A DNA stretch of 52,237 nt from contig JYFJ02002723.1 of NCBI GenBank assembly GCA_000934665.2, forward strand, positions 1-52,237. The letters are read 5' to 3'. The translations under genes and the position numbers were made by a program. Source of the DNA: Catajapyx aquilonaris (Eukaryota). Each line of letters opens with the position of its first letter. Positions within the stretch are counted from its first letter, which is position 1. The notes beneath the pieces were generated by a model. That model was given only the letters and a program-made list of their open reading frames with translations. It did no database searches and had not been told where the DNA came from. Positions 13,301 to 24,159 of the stretch are shown piece after piece.

Positions 13301-14169
13301 ACAGTCATATAACTTAACCACAAAAAATTAACATTAATATTTCATTATATTTTTTCCAGAGGGTGTGAACGTGTGCGACTTTTTGGGCATGAGCTGCATT
13401 AACAATAACACAGGTATTTTATACACTAATTATTATTGATGAGTAGACTACTACATGATTCAAAACTTAAAATAACTATACACGTAAGTATTGCTTTACA
13501 CTGCATGAACATAACATATTTCTAGCTAAGTTTTCGTCTCTGTCACCGCACGATGGTGCAGAAAGACCTGGATTGGATAAAACTGTGGGAACAATGGAAA
13601 ATTGCTACTGTCCCCACAATTGCGAAGAAGTAGTGTATATTCCAGAAGTTAGTACAGCCACATTTCCCAAGTATCCGGATGATATGTCTATTGACATTAA
13701 TGTTACCAAGTATGTTCGATGTCTTTGTTACTCAGAAAATGGTCCAATTTTAAGAACTCTTGCCATTTTTTTACAGAACAAAGCTCACCCTGATGAGAGT
13801 GTACTTCAAGGAGCTCTCTTTCGTTGAATACAACAATAATCTGGTGTACACAGTTGAAGATCTTATCTGTAAGGCCATGATTTACACATTTCTACAGTAG
13901 TTAACAGAAGCATAATAGCATTAACGTCACCACTATTCAAACCCAGAAAATTATGAGCAGAAATGGCTAAAATATGAAGATTAGTATTTATGCAGTTACA
14001 TAATGTCATATCCTTTATTTTCGTTTCAGCTGCATTTGGAGGAATTGTGAGCCTCTTCATCGGATTCAGCTTTGTCAGTGCAGCCGAATTTATGTATTTC
14101 TTTACCATCAGGCCTGTGCTTCATTTCTCTCGTTCTGTGTCTCAAAATGACTCGCAAAATAACAATTAA
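7100..14169 (+). CDS. ppk: Pickpocket-family DEG/ENaC (amiloride-sensitive sodium channel) subunit, 10 coding exons, about 616 aa
   Basis: Manual splice model, all GT-AG and phase-compatible: 7100-7386, 7509-7718, 7947-8100, 8752-8897, 11752-12058, 12124-12400, 13360-13413, 13526-13709, 13777-13868, 14030-14169 (1851 nt). Motifs: DYCQNTSLHGFKYI (HG motif), TM1 IAWFIVCC, VPFPAVTICNVN, TDEGYCWGFN, GAGPNMGLTVLL, GFKVLIHDPDEFP, Cys-rich RQCRF..NCFLQC..CGCVP..CYCPHNC, RVYFK, TM2 GGIVSLFIGFSFVSAAEF. The specific paralogue cannot be assigned. Confidence 0.92.
7509..7718 (+). CDS. ppk: ppk coding exon 2 (TM1, FPAVTICN)
   Basis: TTTTTCAG acceptor; donor GTAAGT at 7719. Confidence 0.9.
7947..8100 (+). 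CDS. ppk: ppk coding exon 3
   Basis: TTCTGACAG acceptor; open frame WNNYSEDTVREVIDF...SLMKA; donor GTAAGA at 8101; phases fit both neighbours. Confidence 0.8.
8752..8897 (+). CDS. ppk: ppk coding exon 4
   Basis: Encodes VIQPLDRMILKCWW...CSDLF...TDEGYCWGFN; donor GTAAGT at 8898. Confidence 0.88.
9876..10175 (-). mobile_element. Retroposon (SINE or LINE 3' end) with (CCAA)n tail, inside ppk intron 4
   Basis: Highly similar over about 250 bp to 32385-32637 in the opposite orientation; TTGG repeats at 9876-9889 are the tail. Confidence 0.75.
11752..12058 (+). CDS. ppk: ppk coding exon 5
   Basis: TTGCAG acceptor in phase 2; ends GAGPNMGLTVLLNP...HGFK; donor GTGAGT at 12059. Confidence 0.82.
12124..12400 (+). 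CDS. ppk: ppk coding exon 6
   Basis: Encodes VLIHDPDEFP...RQCRF...NCFLQC...CGCVPY; donor GTAAGT at 12401. Confidence 0.9.
13360..13413 (+). CDS. ppk: ppk coding exon 7 (54-nt mini-exon)
   Basis: TTTTTCCAG acceptor; GVNVCDFLGMSCINNNT supplies two thumb-domain cysteines; donor GTATTT. Confidence 0.8.
13526..13709 (+). CDS. ppk: ppk coding exon 8
   Basis: TTTCTAG acceptor; encodes NCYCPHNCEEVVY; donor GTATGT at 13710. Confidence 0.85.
13777..13868 (+). CDS. ppk: ppk coding exon 9
   Basis: TTTTACAG acceptor; encodes LTLMRVYFKELSFVEY...TVEDLI; donor GTAAGG. Confidence 0.87.
14030..14169 (+). CDS. ppk: ppk coding exon 10 (TM2 and stop)
   Basis: GTTTCAG acceptor; encodes AFGGIVSLFIGFSFVSAAEFMYFF; TAA at 14167-14169. 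Confidence 0.9.
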
Positions 14170-14223
14170 TACGCCAGTGTATTGTGAGAGTGCGAATGAC
14201 CAATACATATACAATATTGTCCG

Positions 14224-14229
14224 AATAAA
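14224..14229 (+). terminator. Probable polyadenylation signal of ppk
   Basis: First AATAAA after the stop codon, about 55 nt downstream. Confidence 0.5.
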
Positions 14230-14385
14230 ACCTCTTTCTGCAATACATATAAGCCACTGCCATGCTACTAATATTAGATTACTTTACAAAAATATCTCAG
14301 AAAAGGAAACATTACTCCTCTATGGGAATTTTTTTACAAAATGAAAAATTCAGGATATACCGGTACAGTAAACATAAATAAAACT

Positions 14386-14960
14386 AGGGGGGCATGGTGG
14401 TCTAGTGGCTATGCTATTGTCCAGCCAAGCGGGGGGTCCGGGGTTCAAATCCCGTCTCCGTACCTTTGCTGGGTCGGGTCTTTTTCTGTTTTTCATCTGA
14501 CATGTCCGGGCAGACTTGCACTCCTTCTCTGCCCAGCAGGGTCAAGAGAAAAGATCTGGTATTTAAGAGGGTTTGAAATGACAAGAAACTATTTAAGAGC
14601 GCCCCCCTTGGGAACCTCCCATTCCCCACCCCCCTAAAAGGGCCCCTGGACCTATGGGGTATGAAAACAAACAAATCCACCTGGAAATTCCCTTTCACCT
14701 GCGTCGGGAGGGTCTCTGACCCGCACCTTATTGTCTGGCAACCTAACCTCATGGGGGACTGCAGATGGCCCAGCGCTGGACATTGCACTTGCACAAGAGT
14801 AGTGTCCCCTCCCCAACAATACCTATCCCTACCATACATCCCTAATTCCTTGCACGGTGATTGAAGAAAAATATAAAAAGGACTCTATATGGTAGTAATC
14901 CACTCCCCTACAAACCCTAATCGGGTTATCACGGGGTAATCGAAAAAAACCAAAACAAAG
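14386..14960 (+). mobile_element. tRNA-derived SINE (family 2)
   Basis: A box GGTGGTCTAGTGG, B box GGTTCAAATCCC, imperfect TSD AAACATAAATAAAACT / AAACCTAAATCAAACT, shared central core and ATCACGGGGTAA tail. Confidence 0.8.
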
Positions 14961-15028
14961 AAACCTAAATCAAACTCAATGATTCTTCTAATATTGAGTG
15001 TGGTCACTAAGTTATTTTGATTACAGTA

Positions 15029-15153
15029 TGTTATATCACAGCAATAGACGTGTTGTTGTCCGCAGTCCGGAGTTTCACTTACTGAACCCACGAGCTAGCC
15101 CGCCTATAGTCGGTACAGGAGATGGGGACCTGACAATTTGGCACCCAAAGTGG
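15029..15153 (+). mobile_element. Possible LTR remnant plus tRNA-Lys primer-binding site
   Basis: TG...CA segment followed by ATT and TGGCACCCAAAGTGG (2 mismatches to TGGCGCCCAACGTGG). No internal coding sequence follows. Confidence 0.3.
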
Positions 15154-15654
15154 TATAATCAATAAGTTTGTGGTATGTACTACATGCACACTACGATGTA
15201 CAACATGCTTTTACTGCTGGTGATGCATCATGCGAGTATCTCCCGGTAGGTGTACAAAGGCATGTGCCCATGGTCCGTACCTGTTTGTTTGGTTGGTTGT
15301 TTGTTTTGGTTTTTGGTTTTTTATTGCAGAATGAATGTTTAGCATCGACTTCAGACCTGTGACATCTTTAGTTGAGCATTTCAACATATGGATGAAGAAG
15401 TTATATAATTGGATGGACCAAATGCTCGTAAGCCCTGCCACTGCGTCAAAGTAGATGCCTCGGCAGGGTTATCTTTTTCTATAGGCAAAGAAAAACAAAC
15501 TCAGGCAGGTCTGACAAAATTGTGCCACGTGAGACACTGACTAAATTTTAAGCATAGTAAGGTCATGCTGCATTATTAATTATTGTCCTGTGGCTCACGT
15601 GTCATAATTTCAAATCCTGAGGTTGCAGAGAAGCCTTTTATACATAAGGGTTTA

Positions 15655-15757
15655 CATGTGAAACCTGCCCATAACGGACCCTGGGTATAGCGGAAGCCTG
15701 TCCATAACGGAAAAATTTTGGGGTCCCGCGCGATTCCGCAATACACAGGTTTCACTG
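15655..15757. mobile_element. Small Tc1/pogo-like MITE
   Basis: Termini CA(T)GTGAAACCTG...CAGGTTTCACTG, preceded by TA; internal CCATAACGGA repeats. Confidence 0.6.
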
Positions 15758-15804
15758 CATAACATCCAGTTACAAGAGAGGGTTGAAAGAAACCAATATA
15801 TATA

Positions 15805-17766
15805 TGAGGCATTCCACGTCAAGCGGGCCACCTTCCGACAAATCTTTGAGGACCTTGACCAAAATTTATTGACATGTACTACTCATCGACCTATGCAGGA
15901 ATCCAAATTATTATACCTCTGCGTTGCGTGGTTGCATAACCACAGGGTGTCAAAAATGCCAATTTTTGACCATTTTTTATACGTTCTCTGTCACTAAGAT
16001 GGCCTTATCTCCCAGAAGGTCAGGTCAAATATAACATTTGATATGTGTATTCGAAGGGTAATTGTACGCTCTATGAGATGGCCATACTCAAAATTGAAAA
16101 ATCCAAAAACTTAAAATCAAATATGGCACCCAAAACATTGATTTTGATATTGGTCGTGAATCGACCCCTACGATTTCTTTTGAATGGCACCTAAAATGAC
16201 AAGGGCGATGTTTACTTCACATTTTCGAAAAATCTCAAGAACCCTTTTTCGATATTTGCCGACAATAATAACTTTTTTGGTTTCAAACCCGTCCCGTAAG
16301 TGTAGTCACCTCATTTGGAGGACTGTAACTAGGAGAAGATCAGGTCAAATCTTATATTTGATATGCGTATTCGGAAGGAATTTTTATGCCCCAGGAGATG
16401 GTCATACTCAAAATGGAAGAATCAAAAAACTTTAAATCAAAGATGACGGCCAATTTTTGATTTTGATATTGATCAATATTCGACCCCTACGATTTCTTTT
16501 GAATGGCACTTAAAATGATCAGGGTAATGTTTACTTGAGATTTCCGCAAAATCGGGAGAACCCCTTTTTGATAATTGCCTAATATAAAAACATGTTAGTT
16601 GCAAGACGCGTTCCGTAAATGTAGTCACCTCAATTATCAATAAGATTGCTCCAAATTTGTCGAGTTAAATATTCATGTTGCACATAATGATAATGCCTGA
16701 TTCTATCACTCTGCGTAAATATAATAAATACCTATTTCGTCTCAGTTAACTTTATGGGACTTATCTTTTCAGTATGTCCTTCAAATCGGTATATATTAAT
16801 TATTATTACCAATGTAGAGTGATAGAATCAGGCATTCTCGCGAGGCCTTTGCACTGTTTTGCTCCATTGCTGCATAATTTGAGGACAAAAGTATGAACAA
16901 GGTCACCGCAAACACATTTGGAGGAATCTTATTGATAATTGAGGGGACTACATTTACGGAACGCGTCTTGCAACTAACATGTTTTTTTATTAGGCAATTA
17001 TCAAAAAGGGGTTCTCCCGATTTTGCGGAAATCTCAAGTAAACATTACCCTGATCATTTTAAGTGCCATTCAAAAGAAATCGTTGGGGTCGAATATTGAT
17101 CAATATCAAAATCAAAAATTGGCCGTCATCTTTGATTTAAAGTTTTTTGATTCTTCCATTTTGAGTGTGACCATCTCCTGTGGCATAAAAATACCTTCCG
17201 AATACGCATATCAAATATAAGATTTGAACTGACCTTCTCCTAGTTATGGTCCTCCAAATGAGGTGACTACACTTACGGGACGCGTTTGAAACCAAAAAAG
17301 TTATTATTGTCGGCAAATATCGAAAAGGGTTCTTGAGATTTTTCGAAAATGTGAAGTAAACATTGCCCTTGTCATTTTAGGTGCCATTCAAAAGAAATCG
17401 TAGGGGTCGATTCACGACCAATATCAACATCAATGTTTTGGGTGCCATATTTGATTTTAAATTTTTGGATTTTTCAATTTTGAGTGTGGCCATCTCATAG
17501 AGCGTAACATTACCCTTCGAATACACATATCAAATGTTATATTTGACCAGACCTTCTGGGAGATATGGCCATCTTAGTGACAGCGAACGTATAAAAAATG
17601 GTCGAAAATTGGCATTTTTGACACCCAGTGGTTATGCAACCACGCAACGCAGAGGTATAATAATTTGGATTCCTGCATAGGTCGATGAGTAGTACATGTC
17701 AATAAATTTTGGTCAAGGTCCTCAAAGATTTGTCGGAAGGTGGCCCGCTTGACGTGGAATGCCTCA
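15805..17766. mobile_element. About 2-kb foldback MITE with ~860-bp inverted arms
   Basis: TGAGGCATTCCACGTCAAGCGGGCCACC at 15805 and its exact reverse complement ending 17766. Arms match to about 16660/16910. Flanked by TATA runs. Confidence 0.92.
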
Positions 17767-18171
17767 TATATATATATAGTACATATTAGTATACTTGTTA
17801 ACGTAATCGTCTTTGTGAGTTTCCAACTTGGTGACCTGTAAAATTGCGATTGATGACAGTAAGTTGTTGATCAAATATTACAATAACCTATGAAATGATT
17901 TTTACGGATTGCACTATTCCAGCTTCATGAACATAAATAATAATAATAAGTAATAATATTATTAATTATTACAATTATGTAGTTCATGACTATCTAATAA
18001 TAATATATCTTCAGTAAACACTAAATGCATTAAACTGTTCCACAGCAGATAAGTGTTACGACCGCTGCAGAGATCACATCACATGTCAATCAATGTTACT
18101 CTTGGATGGGAAATAACTTCATAATAATTGGTGCAAAGTTCCTACCCAGTAACGCACTATATATACGTATA

Positions 18172-18420
18172 TGAGGCAATCCGTCAACTGGGACCAATAA
18201 TTTCCGACAAATCTTTGCCGATTTCAACCAAAATTCACGGCCATGTACAACTCACGGTTATATGTCAAGAGACCGAGATTTTGTCTCTCTGTGTCACGTG
18301 GTTGTCAAACTACAGGGTGTCCAAGTAGCGATATTTCAGTAATTTTACGCTGTCGTGTCTCTGAATGGAGGCCCGTAACTTCTGAACTATTTAAGTAAAT
18401 GCAAAAATATCATTCTAATT
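18172..18420 (+). mobile_element. Diverged left terminus of a TIR element related to 15805-17766
   Basis: TGAGGCAATCCGTCAACTGGGACC...TTCCGACAAATCTTTG...ACCAAAATT...CATGTAC...CGTGGTTG...ACAGGGTGTC aligns with the 15805 arm. Confidence 0.65.
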
Positions 18421-18955
18421 ACGACTATAAGAGAGTCTCCTGCCCGTACAACTGCCATCAATTAATAGAGCTACGAAGATGACTCACCTCACAATCATGA
18501 AGCTATGCCTGTTAAGGTTCGAAATTAAGTAACAGCAATAAAAAGGGGCGAACATTATATGCCGACCTCATATACCAACACGTAACCAAAGAAACATTTG
18601 CCACAGAAGTGGGCCAAAATACGGGTCCCAGGTCAGCACAGGTCAAGTGCAACAGTCCCGCAGCACGGTCTTCAGTATGTCCAAGTTGCGACTATACGTC
18701 TCCTGCTCCCCAAGAATCAAAAGAAGGTCCCGTCATACTCAGCAATAGGCGGACTGGCCGTGGCCATGTTTGCCGACCTTATATACCAACACGTAACCAA
18801 AGAAACACTTTCCTAAAGACTAATCCACCCGGGGGAGTTCACAAAATGACCAATTAACGACAGCGCACATGCACTTTGCACATCCCCTCCTACCAACCCT
18901 TGGAGTAATTCATAAGATTCTCTTAACACGCTCCAAAACAAATACCCATGGTGGA

Positions 18956-19530
18956 TTTACAGGAGCGCCTGCCGTAAAATAAGATTCAAATTGCGAACAT
19001 AAGTCGTATGTCCATACAACAAGACACATCACTTAAAAGAGCTACGAATATCAAACATCTGACAATCATGAAGCTGTACAGAGTATATTGCAACCTCGCT
19101 TTACAGGAGCGCCTGCCGTAAAATAAGATTCAAATTGCGAACATAAGTCGTATGTCCATACAACAAGACCCATCACTTAAAAGAGCTACGAATATCAAAC
19201 ATCTGACAATCATGAAGCTGTACTGAGTACATTGCATCCACGCTTTACAGGAGCGCCTGCCGTAAAATAAGATTCAAATTGCGAACATAAGTCGTATGTC
19301 CATACAACAAGACACATCACTTAAAAGAGCTACGAATATCAAACATCTGACAATCATGAAGCTGTACAGAGTATATTGCAACCTCGCTTTACAGGAGGGC
19401 CTGCCATAAAATCAGATTCAAATGGCGAACATAAGTGGCGTGTTCCTACAATCGGAGACAATGTCCCTCAACAAAAGTCAATTAATAGAGCTACGAAGGT
19501 CACCTCACAATCATGAAGCTATGCATGTTG
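18956..19530. repeat. 144-bp tandem repeat (3 near-identical units plus a degenerate 4th)
   Basis: AGGAG(C/G)GCCTGCC recurs at 18961, 19105, 19249 and 19393 (period 144). The unit has stops in all six frames. Confidence 0.9.
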
Positions 19531-20311
19531 AGTTTGGAGATAAATTATACCAGCAATATATAGAGGCTAAATTGTCCCATCCGGAATCATGTCAGGGACA
19601 TGCAAAACAAACCCACGACAATCGCATGGAAATAAACCTGTTAGGAGAATCAATCGATAATGAGGAGCCTATTTTTGTCTGGGATCACTCACAACCTTGC
19701 CCCCCAACGTTCTAAAACCAGTCGATTCGAATTTGTCTCTCCTAACTCGCCCACCTTGATGAAACGTACATATTTTACACCAGGAATTTTTTGTGATAGC
19801 CCCCTGATCTAACACCACCTACCTTGTGTATCACTGCGTCTGCAGCACTGACCTACCGACGCGACGGTGGTTTGTCGATAGTAGGAACAGTGACTTGTTT
19901 TCGTTCACTCCACTCAGCAAAATTCGAATTGGCCTGAATCAATAGGACCCAATTGTTGACTAAGGGTAATAGGTGTCAACACGCAGGATCTGTCATCTAA
20001 TCCGCGTGTATCTGGGCGGCACTCTCCGGCTTCTTTTTGACACATTGCTGCCGCCAAGGTCCCCTCATACTTTGCGGACTCCACATCCTGGGGAACTAAA
20101 GTAGAAGGAAAATATTATTTAGGTCATTCATGGAGCCTGTATTCGGCCTCACAAGCATGAATTCACTGGAGAAATGTGAGGGGACAATCCAGTATTTTTC
20201 CGACCAATTTAAAACAATATTGTAATCCAAGGGGAAATTCCAGTTCCTAACTATTGTCATCGTTCAATTATATGATTTATTAGCTATTGGCAGCTGATCA
20301 GGTACAGTGTA

Positions 20312-20458
20312 GGTCATATATCGCGGCAACCGCCAGCGACATTTTTCCGAAGCGGCAGAAGAAGGAATCGAAGATAAGCTGACTCCAAGACGGGCGAACA
20401 TGATTCCTTCTTCTGCCGCTGCGGAAAATGTCGCTGGCGGTTGCCTCGATATACGACC
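20312..20458. mobile_element. Small hairpin MITE (about 60-bp arms)
   Basis: GGTCATATATCGCGGCAACCGCCAGCGACATTTT...GAAGAAGGAATC is inverted as GATTCCTTCTTC...TGTCGCTGGCGGTTGCCTCGATATACGACC. Confidence 0.7.
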
Positions 20459-20812
20459 AACTCCGTACTCCACCGAATGACAGCAGTAATGATGGTGGAA
20501 GGTATTTTTAATGTGATCATTTGGGCTTGTTAAATATCAAGTTTTAATTCATTCAAACAGTTATTTTCTCCACTGATTTCAGGGAAATAGGGAATTTACT
20601 TAACACTTTCTTACTAACTTAATAACAAAAAAACATGAATCAGAGACAAACATTCGAGAACGAATTCAAAGCAGCTATTGTATAAATCCACGATGTGTTA
20701 CCAACTAAGACGTGGCTATTTTTTACAGTATCAAATCCATAACTGTCACTTGGCATCGAAAAAGACCCAAAAAGCATAGACCGGGAACTTAGATTCTAAT
20801 CAGAGAAATGTG

Positions 20813-21835
20813 TTTTGACTCATTTGCACAATGTGGCTCTTGAATTTGGGACATTTCCAACCGATATTATCTGGCTCTGCATTGAGGAGGAATATGACTG
20901 TACAGTGCACGGGTTGAGTCATCACCGGTTTGTTTGTTTGTTTGTTTGTTTGTTTGTGTGTCCCAAAATTTCTGCTATAATATATATTATATTACCTAGA
21001 GGAAGTACTCACTATCCTTTCCCATTAGCCAAGCTGAGGCATCCGCTCAATAACTCTTTAACTATGGTACGGTTCCCGATGAAAATTGACATGAATACTT
21101 ACCTTGTATCATGCCAAACAAGGTCTGACTCACGGTCATATAAGTAAGGTCTGGTCACTCCGACCCACCCCCTGCCGAGGAGTTTTGCAGCGGCTGCTCA
21201 CCTGAGACCGCCAGGAGACATTTAGGAGGCCACGATAAGTGGCGACCCTACCGGATTAGGCTGAACTTTATAGGTACGAAAGGGGAGGGCTACATTGGGG
21301 GGCCCAACATGGCCGCCGGCGGCCATGTTGGGCCAGCATGTGGCCTTCCCCTTTATCTTTATCCTGGACTTGAAGGAACCTTTCACACACACGCGCGCGC
21401 GCGCACACACATATACTCATCCTTAACGTGGGGTCTGTGCGAAGGGTTGCTTCAAGACCTGGATAAAGTGGCGGAAAGTATTTGAACCCGATAGTACATG
21501 TCCATTTTCATCGGGAACCATACCATAGTTAAAAGTTATTGAGGAATGTTTGGGTTTCCATTCGGGAGAATCACCCTGTAGGCCTACTATACAATGTGGA
21601 GTTTCATGGACAAACCAACCCCGTTGATATGGTAAGCATGTTGTCATGTCTTCTTTGTTTGTCGGTTTGTTTGTTTGTCCATTGTAACCCTTTGCCATGG
21701 ACAAACAAACCAACAAGCAAACAATGTTATCATGGCACCATTGATATTGGTGAATGTGATTGTTGCCATGGTTTAGTGTCAACGTTACTATGCACACAAT
21801 GAGTCATCAACAATCAATCACTGTTGATGTCCTAG
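20813..21835 (+). mobile_element. Non-autonomous Helentron/DINE-1-like element
   Basis: T-rich start with GACTCA and inverted TGAGTC (~20914), (GTTT)n microsatellite, 3' subterminal TGAGTCA, stem-loop CATCAACA-N9-TGTTGATG, then CTAG|T. Confidence 0.55.
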
Positions 21836-22212
21836 TCACCGGTTGCCAACTTGCCAAGGAAACCCGTTGCCATGGAGACCGGCTATGGTTACCAGTTGCA
21901 TAGGAGACTCCGTGGCTCATTCGATTGATATGTTATTCGAACCGATTCGAACTATTAGTTGTTGCACCCACTATCCCAGGTAGCACAAAAAAGGGGGCCA
22001 ATATTGGACGAATGTTGGCCTAATATCTTGAAACTTGGGCAATATTGGCCTATCTAGCCAGTCTGAAGCCAATATTGGGCCGATATTGGCAGCAGATCCT
22101 ACTGCCATTCAAACTCCCCAAGTGGCACAAAAAGTCGGCCCGACGCGATGTAGGAACCAATGTCGGGCCGATGCGATGTCGCGTGAAGGTCGGCAAATGT
22201 CGGCCGACTTAA

Positions 22213-22320
22213 GGCCATTTCACAGAAAAAAATCGCGCGGCAAACGGCGCGCGTTGAGGCATATTTGTCGCGGGGCATATTTGTCGCATCGCCTCGGTTT
22301 GCCGCGTGTGCAAACTTTTC
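22213..22320 (+). mobile_element. PIF/Harbinger-like terminal fragment; second copy at 52041-52095
   Basis: TAA|GGCCATTTCACAGAAAAAATCGCGCGGCAAACGGCGCG matches 52041 GGCCATTTCACAAAAAAAAATGTCGCGCGGCAAACGGCGCG. Confidence 0.5.
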
Positions 22321-23609
22321 CTTTTATAATATTCCGGGATGGAATTTGCCATGACGAATAACGATCATTATTTTTATTGGTTCCAAGTTATTAAAGATAT
22401 GAAAAAGTGCGTCAAACTCCGCACGACAACAGACATTTAAAAACTTGCTTTTAAGTATCTGCATGTTGTGGTAATAAGCTTGAAAATCCGGGATGAAAGT
22501 GGATAATTATAATTTGCAATTTTTTAACATTTTGAATGGCGACAGAAGACCCTAAGAATGTTACATAATTTGAACTTCAATTTTCCTGGCAATAATAGAC
22601 GATGACCAAGTTTTTGAGTGGCATATTGTTGGCCAATAATGGTATTAAGAAAGGAAACCCAGTGCTGTTTGCACAATGAGGCCTAAATAAGCACATTATG
22701 TATTTTTGTAATACTATATCATTTTGGCAAACAATATGCCACTCAAATAAATGACCATCTTCTACCACTGCCAGGACAATGAACTTAGTTAAAATTCAGT
22801 CATGTTCTCATGAGGCCTTCTGTGGCCATTAAAAGCGCGAAAAAATGTCTAATTCTCCATTTAACTGCTATTAAAAAGATTGTGGTTTATTGCATATTCC
22901 ATCCTGGAAGGGATCCTACTTATCATTTGAAAAAAGGGCCAGAAAAATATTTTCTTTGTTGTGGAAAGTATTGTTGACAACAAGCCTTTCTGGCACTGTT
23001 TTTAGCTAACATTTTTTTCTGGAGCCAGTGCAAGTGAAAATGGTTGACCTAATTAATTTGAGTTTGTGAAATATTTAATTCACATTTGGAAAATTATGAG
23101 GATGGGACTTGAAGTATTTTTCAATACTATTGGTGAAACTTGCTTTTAAAGCGAACAAAATTACAAAATGTTCATAGGATGGTCTTTCTTTCTCTGCAGA
23201 GAAGGAAAAACGCAAGAAAGCCATGTTAAATGCATCGAAAAGTAGAATTTTAAAACGTGAATTTAGGGATCATGATTGTAAAAGATTTGGACAGAAATAT
23301 TAAAATCATGAAAATTATTGGGGAAAAAAGTATCAGCTCAGCAGGTCTAACTCAGCATTCTGATAAAAAATGTGAGTCCGATTAAACTGCAAGTCATCCT
23401 ACATTTCAGTGTATAAAATTGGAAAATGTCACAATGCCCTGCACACTTGTAAACTGTCACAGAGAGGTCATCACTCATCAGTGCTTGGCTATGGAAGAAA
23501 GATACGTATGTTGTCGTACTGAAGCATCAGACATTTGAATCCATGAGATTCAAGTATTGAAAATGTGAGAGCAGTGCAACTTAAATATATTGTTACTTTT
23601 CTCTTCCAG

Positions 23610-23990
23610 CTACTGTTGTGAAAAAAAACAGTTTGTAGTTGTCTAGTTCACAGAAGAAAGAAGTGTAGAAGTTATCCCCAGGATTTGGGTGGTGCGAGAT
23701 GGAAGAGCAGCACGATGTCCTGTGGATAATTTTGTCACTGTCAACAATATATTAGGAGGTACATACCAAGGGGGTAATCACTTCGGTACTCCGGTGTACA
23801 CCTGGGAGTGGTACTCCCTGGTACTCCTCAGGCACTTCACTCTTTATTACTCCGTGGTACTCCTTGAATTTGGTACTCCAGTGTACACTTTTCAGTCGAG
23901 TGATTTCCCCCTTGGTACATACTCAACTCGAGTCCACCTGAGGACAGTTGGGAAGAAGTGGAGATCATTGATTGTCAAAAGCTCAGTCAA
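23610..23990 (+). pseudogene. Decayed exon of a CACTA/EnSpm accessory (DUF4806-type) gene; paralogue at 32740-32955
   Basis: After a CTCTTCCAG acceptor: FVVV*FTEERSVEVIPRIWVV..CP..STIMRYILNSSPPEDSWEEVEI (last part read from copy B). This resembles the VVxF...VxxVPxxW...WP...P...W N-terminal motif of animal CACTA accessory proteins. Contains stops and frameshifts. Confidence 0.45.
23767..23914. mobile_element. hAT/P-like MITE with 8-bp TSD
   Basis: Termini CAAGGGGGTAATCACT...AGTGATTTCCCCCTTG, TSD GTACATAC on both sides, empty site in copy B (~32883). Confidence 0.85.
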
Positions 23991-24159
23991 GTTAGAAAAT
24001 ATTTGTGCATATTTTAGTAGCATGGACTCATTTAATAGTATAGGAGTTACTATGTTTCAGTCAGTTAGACCTTGGAAGTAAGTTTTCTATCCATTATTTT
24101 TTATATTCTCAGCTATAGGTAATGTAATTCATGAATAAATTCCAATCACTGAAGGGCAG

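Noticed and set aside
18956..19530. 144-bp repeat as a CRISPR array or 48-aa protein repeat
   Set aside because: Units are contiguous with no unique spacers, the context is eukaryotic, and the unit has stops in all six frames.
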